Shown here: piece after piece, positions 24,916 to 38,619 of the stretch
Layout: the number at the start of each line of letters is the position of its first letter
Numbering within the stretch: position 1 is the first letter of the stretch
Assembly: GCF_018350175.1 (NCBI RefSeq)
Contig: NC_058368.1
Span: forward strand, 131,690,001 to 131,754,000
Length of the DNA stretch: 64,000 nucleotides
Reading direction: 5' to 3'
DNA from: Felis catus
Taxonomy: Eukaryota
The notes under the pieces: model-generated
What the model was told of the DNA's origin: nothing
What the model saw: only the letters and a program-made list of their open reading frames with translations
Databases searched by the model: none
Made by a program: the position numbers and the translations under genes

Positions 24916-24977
24916 CTGCTTAGCAAAAGCAAATATTTTGTACAATATACAAACCTGTATATTTGACCGGTCCATAA

Positions 24978-25167
24978 TTTATTTTTTAATGTTTACTTAT
25001 TTATTTATTTTGAGAGAGAGAGGCAGAGAGGGAGGGAGAGAAAGAATCCCAAGCAGGTTTCACGCTCAGCACATGAGCCCAACACAGGGCTCCAGCTCAT
25101 GACCAAGATCATAACCCAAGCCGAAATCAAGTCAGTTGCATAACCGATTGAGCCACCCAAGTGTTCC
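24978..25167 (-). mobile_element. Can-SINE
   Basis: Reverse head/tail; TSD ccataattta. Confidence 0.93.
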
Positions 25168-25258
25168 CATAATTTACTTTAAATAGCAGGGGTTATTATG
25201 ATCCAGCAGAAACTTGGGGTTAAAGCTGTAGAATTTGGAGATGAGGTTGTTGATAAGG

Positions 25259-25375
25259 AGGGTGACCAGCTCCTCCTGATTTGCCTGGGACTTCACCAGT
25301 GTAAGCAGTAAGTCTCACCTCTTGGGAGTGCCCTCACTCCCAAGCAAACCAGGACAGTTGGCGATGAGCACCCTG
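25259..25375. mobile_element. MER81/MER94-like hAT-Blackjack MITE
   Basis: AGGGTGACCA...CACCCT inverted ends; 'tttgcctgggact', 'caaaccaggacagttgg'. Confidence 0.7.
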
Positions 25376-26259
25376 AATCATCCTGTGTGCCCGTTAACTG
25401 ATGCGTGTCCAACAGTTCTCTGAAAGTTCTGCCAAGTGGTGCCCAGTACACTGCCTTGTACTTAAAAGTGGTCAATGAATCTTTAGGATGGTTTAATTCA
25501 GCATTGTGTTTGGTTGGAGGGAGAAATATTTTCTGCTGTTTCCTAGGTAGGACATGATCGTTGGAGTTACTCTTGTTGGCTCCAGTTCATCAGCTCAGCC
25601 CTTTTGGCATCATTTCCAACTCTGGTCCCATCTAATCTCAGCTTAGTCCAAATATTCTGTACTGAGGCAGCTTCTTGAGGGCGCAGCCAAGTAGAGGACT
25701 GGAAAGATATCATGAGTGGGAGAGACTTTCCTCCACTAGACTCTCTACTTAGACAACATAAAGCAAAACCAGATACTAAAGCACTTCGTCAGTGTTGAGT
25801 GAGTGATACCCAAATGGCCAGTCTTTCCACACCCTTGAAACTACAGATATGTGAAGATTAACATGTCACTGAGAACAGAAAAACAAAGTCAGTCTCTCAG
25901 GACTGGAAGTTTTCTTTCTTCTCCCTAGTAAATGAAGTTATCAGGCAGGAAGCCATTCTGTCACTATAACCCCAAAGAAAGGAGGAAGAGAGTGAGAGAG
26001 CTCCCTAAGGAAGAAGGATGTGATGGCAAGGAAGTTGTAATAAGTCAGGAGGAAGTGGCCATCTGGCGCCTGTCGGCCTCCAGATTAGGAAGAGGACAGA
26101 AGTAGAGAAAGCAAGATTCGAGATGTTTGCTGTGTGACTTTGGATTTCTGGGTGGCTATTACAAGAGAAGACAGGCTGAGAAGAAACCTGCAGACCTCAC
26201 AGAGATACCTCAAGACCCATGTGTCATACGATGCCAGAGGCCACAATTATGTCAGCGGC

Positions 26260-26451
26260 TTTTTTTGTTTTTAAGTTTATTTCTTTATTCTGAGAGAGAG
26301 AGCAGGACAGGGGCAGAAAGAGAGGGAGAGAAAGAGCCCCAATAGGCTCTGTGCTGGCAGCGCAGAACCAACATGGGGATGGAACTCACGAACCATGAGA
26401 TCATGACCTGAGCCCTAATCAAGAGTCAACACTTAACCCACCCAGGCACCC
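26260..26451 (-). mobile_element. Can-SINE
   Basis: Reverse SINE body with a small deletion in the A-box region. Confidence 0.92.
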
Positions 26452-28049
26452 ACATGAGCAGCTCTTTAGCAACTCTAGGCAGCTGCTTTTCAGTAAAGCT
26501 GGAGGGGTTAGGGGGCTACCTGATCTTGAGGGACTGCCGAGTCTCTCACAGCTCCTGGTGTATGGAGACTTGCAGGAGCTCCCCTGTGGCATGTATTGGA
26601 ACACATAGGAGTTGGCTCTGCTCCCTGGTAAGCTTGCTGGGGTCATTCTGCACTGACAGCCACGTCTCCAGGACCACAACCCTGCGAGAAGACCAAATAG
26701 GATTCACAGCCAGATCTTAGGAAGAACACACAGGATCACCAGCAGCCGAGGTGGGTCTGAGTCAACACAGTAGACTATTCCAAGAAATTAGACCACGGGT
26801 TCTCCAGCAACATTAGCAGACCTCAGCCACAGGAGCCAGCAAGGGAGATCAGGGACAAGAACAGCAGGGAACATTCCTTCCACAGAAGCACAAGGGTCCA
26901 CTCACAGATCAGAGCCCCCTCCGCTCCCCCTTGCCAATGACATGAGAACGCAGTAAGACCATGACCCCAGAAGCCATCTGTGTCAGGGACAGGGTGAAAG
27001 GGGGAGAACTGTGAAAGAATAAACATTTACTGAAAAGGAATCAGTTGAAATCAGAATATAATGATAAATGCTTAATTTAAGTTCCCCTGGCCCATACCAC
27101 CCAGTAGAGTATGAAGAAGGGGGAAAAGTACTCATAAGAAAGATTGGATTAACTGTTGATGAATAACATTTTCTTTGCACTTTTGTGAATAGAATGAGTA
27201 AATATGCCATTCTCTTGCAGGCGTTAATACAGTGAAGCTTTTAGTGTATTGATAATTCAGCAAATAGCTCTTTTGATGAATTACTCAATCAACTAATTCC
27301 TAGTCCAGAAATCACAATGTGGCAAACTGGTACAGAGCAAATAATTTTTAGCAAAATTATTGTTTGATAAGTTGCTGTTCAGTGAATTGATCTGTTTCAG
27401 CCTACTGGTAAGGAAATAAAGAGTATCCCCACTCTCACGATTTTATTTTTACTCATATTGTCTTAGCAGCTCAAAGTTTGTGCTAGTTGTAAACGCTTTG
27501 AGACATTTATATTGCTTCCATATCAGCACCTGCAGCTTCACCATTTTGGCATAAACATGAAATCTAATGAAGCATGCGTGACTAGTCACAAATCTGGTGC
27601 GAGTGGCTCTCCAAATACAGTTCTAGCCTTTCCAGGATCCTTCCAGGCATAATCAGAATGCAAAAGAGGAAAGGAAGGAAACAGGGTGGGGGACAAGGAA
27701 GGGAAGGTGGCATGATACAAAAAAAAAAAACCCTGAAGCTACCTGCACGGCCTCTGTGAAAATCCACAGAAACAGCACCACGCTTTCTCTGCTGGAGCTT
27801 GCGTGCCTTGGGCTCACTTTGAGATAATCTTCCCCAGCTCAAACCACTGTGTAGCTCCACACCACACAGAATTCTTTCCTGTGGCTAAACTTCGTTGGTG
27901 GATGGTATCCAACAATTTTCCTAAGATCTATTTTGCATAAGTTGAGACTTATGTGTCCCTGGGACCATCTGTAGTAAGACATCCTTACAATCAAAAGCAT
28001 CCCAATGTCATATTACACAGTGTGGAAGGAAAGCTCTTGGTCTCGATTC

Positions 28050-28410
28050 TAGCTCTCTTTGCTCAGCTCAACACAAGCATTGGTGAAGCTGGTGGTCTTC
28101 GTGGTCTCCCTCCACCTCCTGCCTTTTTCATGGCTCTCTGATTGCAACAACTGCATGACATCTTCCATCAGCTAACTCAGCCCCCACTGATATCCCCATT
28201 TTTTGGACACCTATAAGCACTGCTTGCCTGTATCACTCATTTGGGCTCTCAAACTCCATACAACTCATATCTTCCTTATTTCATGCATGTGTCATTCTAA
28301 ACATCATAAACCTCTTGAATGGAGATGTTGTGTCTCAGATAGTCAGAACCTCATTGCGTGATGAGGACATCCGCACACGCTCTATTAAGGGCTTATGGAA
28401 TTGAATGGAA
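28050..28410 (+). mobile_element. L2 3' remnant
   Basis: Pyrimidine-rich body ending 'gcttatggaattgaatggaa'. Confidence 0.45.
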
Positions 28411-28997
28411 CTTTCAACTGCAACTTAAACACTCTGCTCTGATTTAGAAATAATTTTGCTTGCTCATATGCTCAAAATAGACACCATACCAAGTCATTTA
28501 GTAGAAAGAATGCTTTCAGAAAGATTTTTATAATGATGGGGAAAGATAGCATTCAAAAATGGAACTGAATTAGTTCTTTGAAAAACAACTTTGGAACATG
28601 ATATTCTTCTTACAAATTTGTTGAACAAAGCATACAGATCTAGTATATATAGATATTTCGGGGTCAGGGAGAAACAAATGCAGGATCCAAATGAGATAAT
28701 AGAGACAGAGATTGAGTAATTCACTTAAGAGGGAAAAACCTTACAAAATGAAAGACAAGAAAACAGAGAAACTAATTATCTTCGTGTCTTAATAGGTCAT
28801 AATGGGAGTATGAGGATATTTTTAGGGTGAATATGATCTTGGTGCAGAATGGGAAATCATGGTCAGAAAACAAAATAATTTTTGACAAAGGGCTCATACA
28901 CAGATCTTTCTTTAAGTATTAAGTCTATTAAAGTCTCCCTAAATAAACTTAAAATCAATTTGTCAATGTAGATGCATATCTCAAGAATAGATCTGTT

Positions 28998-29296
28998 ACT
29001 ATAAATACAGAGAACAAAGTGATGGCTGCCAGAGGGGAGGGGGAGGGGGGATGGGTGAACTGGGAGAAGGGGAGAGGTAGTAGGTACAGGCCTCCAGTAA
29101 CGGGATGGGTAAGTTATGTGAATAAAAGATAGAGCATAAGGAATACAGTCAATGATATTGTAATAAGAAGCTAAGGGGACAAGTAGTGTCTATTCTTGCG
29201 GTGAAGGTACCATAATGCACAGACTCGTCAAACCACTACATCATACACCTGAAACTAATGTAATGTTTTGTGTCAACTATACTCAAATAAAAAAAT
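28998..29296 (+). mobile_element. LINE-1 3' end (carnivore/laurasiatherian type)
   Basis: 'acagagaacaaagtgatggctgccagagggg' ... 'acacctgaaactaatgtaatgttttgtgtcaactatactcaaataaaaaaa'. Confidence 0.88.
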
Positions 29297-30277
29297 ATGT
29301 ATATCTGTTTGCTTCTGGGCATTAAGATGCATTCTTTACATTCTATTGCACTTGGTTAATCTTTGGGGTATTGAATTTTCATTTGGGAACATCATTCAGA
29401 AGTATGGAGAAATTGCAGTTAAAAAGCAAATGAAATAAAGACAAAAAAAAGAAAGGTTAAAGATTTTGTAAGCAAAATAGAACTAGAGAACTACTCTGAA
29501 AAATTTTGTTGTATATGGAAGTCAAAATGACACCATTTATATTTAGAAATATAGCAGTAAATGGCAGAAGAAACAGCTAAAGGAGGTGGAAATAGTGCCT
29601 CCGCGGAGAGGACAACAGAGATGGAAGAGGATAGGACAAGGACTATTTGTTTTACTACAAGCTTGGTACTCCCCATTGATTTTTAAACCCACTCACGTAT
29701 TACATTGGGGGAAAAATTAAAATGAAGTTGTAACTCAAGTGCGAGATGCTGTTGAGCTGATTGGAGGTGCTACAGACCTGGGTGGAAATTCTTGGCTGGG
29801 GACCTTCACTCTGGGCGACTAGGTGGAGAAGTAGCCAGGGTGGCTTGGGGTCTGTGCCTCATGTTAAGCAGAGGGCTTTTCTCTGAGGCTGTTTTCCTGG
29901 AGTAAGTTCACAGTGTGTAAAAGGGATCAACCAAAAGTCCAGTGTAAGTGTATTTTTAAAGATATGGAGATTATCACCAGAATTAAAGAAGTTTCTTCCA
30001 AGAGGAAGGAGTGACGGTGAGGAAGATAGAAGCCAACTGTCACTTTCTTAGAATGACAAATCCATTTTAACCATGCACATATACTAGTGGGAACATTTAA
30101 AAGAGTAAAAGCCTTTTTGCTGCAATCTATGATGGATCCTCTCCAAAATGTAAATAACCACTTCCCACAGGGATTGTGCCGTTTTCATACATGTCTCTCT
30201 CTCATTACTGAGCGCAGTGCTTTTCGCACACCAAAGTAGTCAGTGGGTATTGAGTGAATGGATGAACCTTGATCCAT

Positions 30278-30738
30278 GTGTCTGCTGCATATTCTCCCTG
30301 TGCCCTCCCAGATCACTCTCCAACTTTATCCACTCTGTTGACTTCCAGTTAACTCAGACAGTGGGAGGCCCTTCCAGGAGATCTGGTGATGGGAGAGAAA
30401 GAGGGACAGGTATTTGCTCCATCAGCTCTTTCCCTCTCTTTTTCTTTCTGCCAGGTCCCAGGATGGCAGTGGCCATGTTCCCCCCACCCAAGTCCACGGT
30501 TCTTGCTAGGCAGCCTTTTTTCTACAACTTCAGCTCTGGCCAGATTCCAGCAACCCCTCCCTCTCCTTGTCCCTTCAGACCCAGGGGAGGTGCCAGATTC
30601 CTGCTGTTTTTAGCCCCTGTATGTTCCCCACCTTCCTCGCACCTTGGCAAATACTCCTGTCTTTACATTTCTTCCATTTCTCTTTTGATTGTTCTGCTTG
30701 ATTTCTCTCCTATTTCCAGCTCAACCTTGACGGATGCA
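30278..30738 (+). mobile_element. LTR33-like ERVL LTR
   Basis: 'tgggaggcccttccaggagatc', 'cctctccttgtcccttcagacccagggg'; same architecture as 20980-21425. Confidence 0.65.
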
Positions 30739-31414
30739 ACATGTACCCAAAGTACTGGTCAATCCAATTTAGTGAATCTTTAGAGTACAAGGCATTGTAC
30801 AAAGGTAATGCAGGAGATACAAAGATTCGTTCTTGCCCTTTAGGGAGGGGTATACAAGGAGACATAAGAATAATCATACATTCAACATACGGATCAATTT
30901 GATTCCTCACAGATGTAAAATATTAAAAGAGAATGATGGGCAAACTCGGAGAAGGCACACAACTTCCAAATTTTCTCTTTTCCCACTTGGTTGCTAAAGA
31001 AGCTGGGTATATATCACGGGAGAGTGGGTATATATCTATATACTGGGTGGGTCTATACATCTGCCTTATCCTTTACCATAATTAAGTTAGGACAAGTACC
31101 TTAATAAACAGTTCCTGGATCTGGGACTCATTCCAGCACCTATCTGAAATGCACTGAAGACCTTAGGAGGTTGATGTGGAGCAACGAGATGTAAAGCCCA
31201 AACTCCTTTATTATTTGTGAATGCATAATTTTTTGTTAAAAAGCAGAGAGTTTATAAAGTCAGAGGCTTCCCAGGGTAGAGGGAAAGAAATACATTTTCC
31301 TGATCCTATTACCTTTTGCCTACCCTCCTCAGCTTTGTCTCCTGAGCCATAACGTTGGTTTGTTGGGCGAAGAATTGAATATAGACCAAGATTTTTAAAA
31401 TCATATGACAGGGA

Positions 31415-31595
31415 GTCTTACTAGTTAAGGGCAGACTACTTGGATTCAATCTTGATCTTGCTACTCCCTTAGATAAGCTATTGAACATCTCTGCGCTTCC
31501 GTTAACTTATCTGTAAAATGAGGATAGGAATAGTACTTATCTCATAGGATCATAATGGAAATGAAATGAGTCAACATGAAAAGCATTCACTGTTG
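31415..31595 (+). mobile_element. MIR SINE
   Basis: 'atctgtaaaatgaggataggaatagtacttatctcatagga' MIR core. Confidence 0.85.
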
Positions 31596-32113
31596 TTCTT
31601 GTATTCTGGGGAGCTTATGAAGTCATTATGAAATCCTTTGTCTGAGTTAGACTTGGCCTGGCACATGGACTGTTTTTCTTCATGTGAAGAATTCCACGTG
31701 GCCAGTAAAACTCTTGAAATGTTGCCAGTTCAATGTCTCTGTCTTAATTTTTATCTCCTAAGATGAGCCCAGATTTGATATAACACTCTGAAACATAGTA
31801 AAATTTAATAAAACTTAAGAAGTCTTCAAACTCTAAGGTACAGAGGGCTCAAAGGAGGGAGGGAACTGATTGGGAGCAGGTCAGGAGACACTTTATGAAG
31901 GTGGGAATTTGAGATGGAAAGTGAAAAAATCAGTAGGACTTGCAGGAAGGACGAAAGAAAGGGTACACAGCTATCCTCTTAGGAAACCATTTTTAGTCAC
32001 CAGATTGTGCTTGTCTTTTGTTTATTCCAGGGTACTCTTTTTAAAAGCACTCAATCTTCCCAAGGACAGCACTAATAGGCTCTGATATTGTCTATTCTGG
32101 TAGAAAAAAAAAA

Positions 32114-32114
32114 A

Positions 32115-32166
<52 letters not shown>
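32114..32166. repeat. (GA)n microsatellite
   Basis: Read directly. Confidence 0.95.
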
Positions 32167-32170
<4 letters not shown>

Positions 32171-32266
32171 TAGCCAAACAAAGGTTATGTAACCATGTTA
32201 CAAATGCTTTGTGCTTCACTTTGCCAGAATTTCATTAAAGACTGAGTTTACAATACTTAGGTATGG

Positions 32267-32267
<1 letters not shown>

Positions 32268-32306
<39 letters not shown>
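32268..32306. repeat. (TG)n microsatellite
   Basis: Read directly. Confidence 0.95.
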
Positions 32307-32309
<3 letters not shown>

Positions 32310-33149
32310 ATCCAGATGCTAGCCTTTCTATCCCTGCTTCTAAGTCACTTTCTTCTGGTTTATTTGGGGGAAAGGAAGTCTTGTCTCGTACCTGTCCTGA
32401 GTCAGGACCATGCCACAGCTAGTTCTGTCTGCCTGTTAGTGTCCCCACAGGCCATCATTCACTCTCCTGCTAGTTGTTGCCAACACATGTGGCCTATTGC
32501 CCCTTTGAAAAGATGGCGCCCCCACACTGTAGGTGTCAGCAAAGACGAGATTACCGGACTGGATTTTCACTGCCCTGATTTTTTATTTCCCCCCATCGCC
32601 AGCCTACAAGGTTGTTCTGGCAAATTACATTTATCCCAAAGATTTAGAGTTCTAGGAAGTTCACAGCAAAACAACTTATAACTGAATATTAGATATCCTT
32701 GGTCTTGAATGTCTTGGCTTTTCCACTACTGGGAATTTTCTTCCTTCCCCTGTTTTACTGCCAAGTCTCTCCCTCCTTATCCCCTCTGGATCCTCTACCC
32801 TTTCAGATTCACCCCAGCATAAAAATCTTTGTTTATTCTTATGCAGATCAATTCACCTGTTTCATCACCCTCTTTGAATGCATGCCCTCCAGGTCTCTCC
32901 TTTCACGCTCAAACAGCTCACCAAGGCATTTTCTTAAACAAAGACATTAAGAGGACTCAGGCACCAGGTGCTAAATTGTAAAAAGGCATGAGGTGATGGA
33001 GAGGAATCCTCACAGAGGAAAACCGTAATGGACTATGAATGGATCAGTCAGGATAGTTATCCCTCCACTGAGGTGCCAGCAAATCTACAGACAGTAGCAA
33101 AATGGAAGACCACCTTTGCTTAGTCAGATGAAAGGTTAGATGAGTGCAT

Positions 33150-33595
33150 AAAGGTGGATTGTCTAGAAATAGAACAGAGAGGGAGATTACCATGGGGGTG
33201 TTTTATTGAGAGAATGCCCTCAGGGAAACATGTAGGGGAATGAGGAAACTTGGATGGGGCCAGGGAAAAAAGCCAGGCACTATGGGGTTCGGGCAAAATC
33301 TAGCCCTAACCTGTTCCCTCAGGGAACTCTGGAGCAAGAATAACACCACAGTTACCCTAATTTGAAATGGTTGTTCAGGCTGTTGTACTCACGTTTCAGG
33401 CAGACACTGAGCGTGCACCACCCTTACGGGGACAGGGTAACCTCCTAAGCAATTCCAGACACAGTGGCTCTTGTTGGCAGAGGGCAGTTCTCAGAAGGGT
33501 GCACCTGTGAGCAGGTACCAGCTAACATGTAAAGCGGCTGGGGGAGGGGTGCACCATCCTGATAAGGGGGGAGGGGCTCTACTCCATAGATTACA
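33150..33595 (-). mobile_element. LTR16-like ERVL solo LTR
   Basis: 'gttttattgagagaatgccctcaggg', 'gggaactctggagc', 'gagggcagttctc'; similar to the LTR remnant at 16484. Confidence 0.65.
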
Positions 33596-34658
33596 TAGTA
33601 AGAGCATCGACCACAATGCCCAGTACCTCACAGAAGAACTTACTGTGCTAGAGCCAGGTCTGGCCGTGACTCAAGTAGCCACTAGAGAGAATCAGACCCA
33701 GGGCACACACACCGAACTGCATTTTGCCTGTCACTGTCTTTGGCATTTTTTCCCTTCCCTAACTCAATTCAGAATTTCTACTCCCTCCGTATCTTCAGCA
33801 TATTTCATATTTTAATTTTATAATGACTCACCAACCATTAACATTTACTATTCTCACCTTCTGAGTGTTGCCCGGTTCCACAATAGATACTATTACAGTC
33901 GAGCCACCAAATTCTGGTAACATAACTAGATGCACGTATGAAGCTTACAGGGGATCAAGGTGTTGCTGGGTTCTGATTGGTTGGATTGCTTATAGATTGA
34001 TCTAAACCTTAGCTACAGAGGCACAGATTCATGAAAATGGTATTGCTCTTGCAAAAGCAGTAGATGCGGTATTCACTTAATATTTTATATAGCAGTGTTT
34101 CTAAGCAAATATTTGACAATGTCCCGTTCATGTCATAACTGCAGAAAGAATAACCCAGAACACAATGTTTCCCTATAACAAAAGAGAATGGAAATAAAAG
34201 ATGTGCACAATTATATAGTGTAGTATTAGAGCCAAGATTAGTCAGTTACCAAGAACAATCAAACTAATTAAATAAACGAGTTAATTTCAAGGACTCAAAA
34301 ACCTCACAGACCCTAAGGACAGGCAATGACACAGAGAGCTGCAATATCAGAAGCTCTCTATTTCTTGGCGACAGTGCAGTCTCCTCCACCCTTGTTTTTC
34401 TCTGCCGTCAGGTCCACGTGTAGGATCTCTCAGTCATTGTTCTTTCCCTCCTCATCGTACACAAGGCTCTTGGCTCAACTCACATAGAATGCTAATGACT
34501 TGAAACGTCCCTCTAGGTCTCTCCATTCAAATCCTTGAGAACGAGACTCTGATTGGGCAAGGTCACTCTACACCAGCTGAACTCTGTACAGGATCAGAGG
34601 AGCCCTGTCACCTACTGTTGGGAGCAAGAAAGCTTAAATTAGACAATTTAATTGGGTA

Positions 34659-34878
34659 GGGGTGTCTGGGTGGCTCAGCTGGTTAAGTGTCTGATTCTTG
34701 ATTTCACCTGAGGTCATGATCTCACAGTTCGTGAGTTTAAGCCCCATATCGGGTTCTGCACTGATGGCAGGAAGCCTGCTTGGGATTCTCTCTCTCCCTC
34801 TCTCTGCCCCTCCCCTGCTCGCTCTCTCTCTCTCTCTCTCTCTCTCAAAAATAAATAAATAAACTTAAAAAAAATAAA
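34659..34878 (+). mobile_element. Can-SINE
   Basis: Head, (CT)n, tail; TSD aatttaattg/aatttaactg. Confidence 0.95.
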
Positions 34879-35706
34879 ATTTAACTGAGATTCATAGATA
34901 CATTGATGTTTATGGTAGAGTTTGCAGATATCACACACGTTCACACCAGTAACTGGTTATTCCGTGTTCTCCAGCTGCTTTGCTTTCTTCTTGGGTCATA
35001 TGTATTTCCTATGGTTTTTGACCTTCTTTGTTTTCAAATAAAAGTATTAAAAAGCTATAAATATCTTAAGTGATTCCTTTAGCTGCATCCTACAAATATT
35101 GATTGACGTGTAGAGTTTTCATTACTACATAGTTCTAAATTGTTTATTCACTTTTTCAATACAAAGACTGTTTTTCAAACACTACAGTTCCTAACTTATT
35201 TTTGAAACTATTCTTTTGTTTTAATTAGCACGCATAACATTAACCCTTAGGAATGTATTGAATTTTCCAATGTGGCCTATGTCATAAGACAAAAGAGCAG
35301 AGACTCAAACTCTTGAAATATTGCTCTTGTCATTTACTGAAGATCTGCATACAGCAAAGAATGAGAGTGACCATCAGTCAGGAACCAGAGACCAGTGCCC
35401 TTCAGAATCCACCATATGAATTTTGAGGAGTTTCCTCTGTACACAGGGGTAAAATGCAAAGGTCTCCCACATGTACCTTCCAGGAAGTGCTTTGAGACCT
35501 TCTGGGAAGAGAAGACGTATCCACAAGTAAAGAAAGATTTGAAAATGTAATTTCCAAATAATAGGAAGCACAGTAAACTGGATTGAAAAAACATTTGTAA
35601 AGAGACAAAGTATTTGTCCAGGGGAAAAAGTAGAAATGTCATTGAAGTTTATTTAAAGGGCTGCTGGTGGTTGTTCAATAAGTAAAACTTTAAAATATCT
35701 GCATGT

Positions 35707-35945
35707 GGGGCGCCTGGGTGGCGCAGTCGGTTAAGCGTCCGACTTCAGCCAGGTCACGATCTTGCGGTCCGGGAGTTCGAGCCCCGCGTCAGGCTCTGGG
35801 CTGATGGCTCGGAGCCTGGAGCCTGTTTCCGATTCTGTGTCTCCCTCTCTCTCTGCCCCTCGCCCGTTCATGCTCTGTCTCTCTCTGTCCCCCCAAAAAT
35901 AAATAAAAACGTTGAAAAAAAATTAAAAAAAATAATATAAAAAAA
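35707..35945 (+). mobile_element. Young Can-SINE (SINEC_Fc)
   Basis: CpGs intact; perfect 15 bp TSD TAAAATATCTGCATG (35691-35705 and 35946-35960). Confidence 0.98.
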
Positions 35946-35966
35946 TAAAATATCTGCATGAGTTAC

Positions 35967-36138
35967 ATTTTTTTAAGTTTGTATTTAAATTCCAGTTAGT
36001 TGACATACCCTGTAATACTAGTTTCGGGGGTACTATTTCGTGATTCAACATACATGTAGATGTATGCGTCATACAACGTCCATATGGATGATGCGTCCAT
36101 ACAACATCCAGTGCGCATCACAAGTGCACTCCTTAATG
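35967..36138 (-). mobile_element. Short carnivore LINE-1 3' end
   Basis: 'aaattccagttagttgacatac...catacaacatccagtgcgcatcacaagtgcactccttaat'. Confidence 0.8.
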
Positions 36139-38619
36139 AATTACAATTTACCTTTTAGAATACACGACATAACATGCTATTCATGTCTCTTTGTAAATAT
36201 TCTGTGAGTTCTTAAAAAGAATGTGGATTCTCTGTAAGGTGCAAAGTTTTCTACACGTCTCATAGTCTTGTGGCACTTGTTGGTATCAATTCTTAATTTG
36301 TCTGCTTAATCTTTCAGTTTCTAAGTGTGTGTTAAAATCTGCATTCGGTTGTTGATTTACCTTTTTTCCCCCCTAAAGCCTGGCAGTCATTGCTATATTT
36401 TAAGGCTGTTGTTAGATGCATGTATTTTTACTGGCCATATTTTATGATCCTATATTTTATTTTACAGGATATAATACCTTTTCCGTCATTTATACTTTTT
36501 GCCTGCTAAATTATTACCGTTGCTACTTAAGCTTCTTATTGTAGAATATTTTCCTGGTATAGGTCTCTTTTTCTCTTAAACATTGTATTGAGTTTTTGTC
36601 TTAAATATTGTTCTTACAGAGAAGATATTGTTGAATTTTTTTTTAAGTCCAATCTAAATCTGTCCTTTAATTGGTTTAACTGTTTGCATTTATATTATAT
36701 TAAGGCTTGTTTCTGTCTTATTTAATCCTACCATTTACCTTTCTTTTTGTTTCTTTTTTCTCCTTTGTGGCTTCCATTAGGGAGTTTGAGCGATTTTTCT
36801 TCACCTAATAGTTATATATTATTATATACATTCTTTTGATGGCTCTCCTTTAATACCCACACTTAAGTTTATTTATACTGCTGATTTTTAAAATTAATAT
36901 CTGTAACTTAATCCTAATAAAAAAAGTAATTTAACACATCCTCATGTCCTTGTAGTACTTCCCATTGCCCCCCCACACTTATCATGTTGATAATGTCTAC
37001 AATTTTAATTTTTGTTTATTATAGGTATAATAGTTTTCATTTTCTTTAGTCCTGGCTTTTAAAAATGAAAAACCATAGACTTAAACAAGTTATTCTACCA
37101 CCCATATTTCTCTTATCTCTTACTGTAGAGTCTAGAACTTTTCCTCTCCACAAGTGTTTTCAGAGTCTGTGTGGTAGGCCTTCTGAGGTATGCATGCATG
37201 AGGATATTTTTATTAAACTTTCAAATTTGATTGAAAATTTGGTTGGGTATAAATTTCTAGTTTTGAAATTTTTTTAGTACTTCAACTATATTGCTTTATT
37301 GCCTTTCTTCATCTCATGTTGCTGATGAGAAATCTGATGTATGATTTTTTTTTGATGATCTCTTCTTTCTCTTGGAAAGCTTTTATAGATTTTCTCTTGG
37401 TCTTTGATAGTGTTTAAACCTCTCTATCATATCTAGATATTTATTTTTCTTTTTTCATCTGAAGCGTTTTATCATTTATTTATTTTTGGAAAATTATCCA
37501 AAATGATTTCCTTAAATAGTTCCTCCTCTTTTAGTTTTCTTTCCCTTTGGGTCTCCCCTTTCCTAAATGTTGGCACTGCCTTCCAAATTTCTTAGCGTTT
37601 CCTTTTCTGTTTTCTTTATCGTTTCTTGCTGTTTTCTGAAAGAGTTCTTTTGATTTTCCACATCATTATCTTGTTCCTCAGCCATCTATGTCTGTATCTG
37701 TTGAATACTTATTTTAAATTCTCAGAGTTTCTATTCCAATATTTCTCAGATGGTAAAAAATATACATATTACCCAGTTTGTGGTCATTCTTTGAGATAGT
37801 TGAATTCTTCATCTGTTAGTCATTTTGGCCTTTGAGCTCATGTTCACATAGGGTTTCAACTAATCTTTCTAATAATGCGCACCAGTGAACACCCATAGTC
37901 AGGCCCTCAACTGTGTCAGTCCAGGTGTATTGAGGGAACAGAAGAAAACATGAGTCAAGGATGAGAGTCGTACACACAATAGAACCACTGATGATCCCTG
38001 CCCCTACCCCAAGCCTGTACCATGATACTTATGGAAGGGCAGCACTGGGAATAGGTTAGGTTGAAGTCATAGCCCTAAGGGTTTAGAAGAGCAATGCTGA
38101 AAGACCGACACTGACCTTGCTTTTATGAACACCTTACCCAGCAGGACTTAAGATGCTGCCCTGATTTTGTTCCCAGCACACAAATGTCAGAGTTGAAGAG
38201 CAGATAATGATTGTTCCAAGGTAAACCAAAAGAGAGGAAAGAGTAGAACTTAATATTCTAACCCATCCTCCCTTTATCGTCACAGGCAGCAGCCCTGCAC
38301 GCCAGCCTGAGCCACCCAACAACTCCTGCTCTTCTAGGACAGGCTGTGGTCTTCCCAGGACTTTTTCACTATTATTGCTGGTGGTGCCGCTCCTGAAATC
38401 CATACCTTCCTCTTACTTCTATAATTACTGCGGCATTGCTTTCGAGGGTAGCAGCCTGCAATGTAGGCTTGTCTGCCATCTCGGCAGAAAGCAGAAACTG
38501 AGACATTTCAATAGCTCTTGATCTATCAGGGATCTGGCATTTTGGACTCAACATAGCCTCCAAAAATACTGAAGCAATTTGCACAGCCACTAGAATGTAG
38601 CACAGGGCTTACTATTTTG

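Larger units (their letters stand above)
34980..37850 (-). mobile_element. Highly decayed L1M/HAL1-like LINE fragments
   Basis: T-rich; 'ttagctgcatcctacaaat', 'gttgctgatgagaaatctgat', 'ttggttgggtataaatttctag' are reverse old-L1 motifs; interrupted. Confidence 0.6.

Noticed and set aside
25950..27100. Purine-rich stretch resembling an ancient LTR
   Set aside because: Could not identify termini or a family with enough confidence to annotate
30217..30783. Longest ORF in the window (188 aa)
   Set aside because: GTG start, lies over an LTR33-like element, no recognisable domain
32211..32681. 156 aa ORF with CVCVCV run
   Set aside because: GTG start, driven by a (TG)n microsatellite, no recognisable homology
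35707..35790. tRNA-like sequence with A and B boxes
   Set aside because: tRNA-derived SINE head followed by CT linker, A tail and TSD; not a tRNA gene
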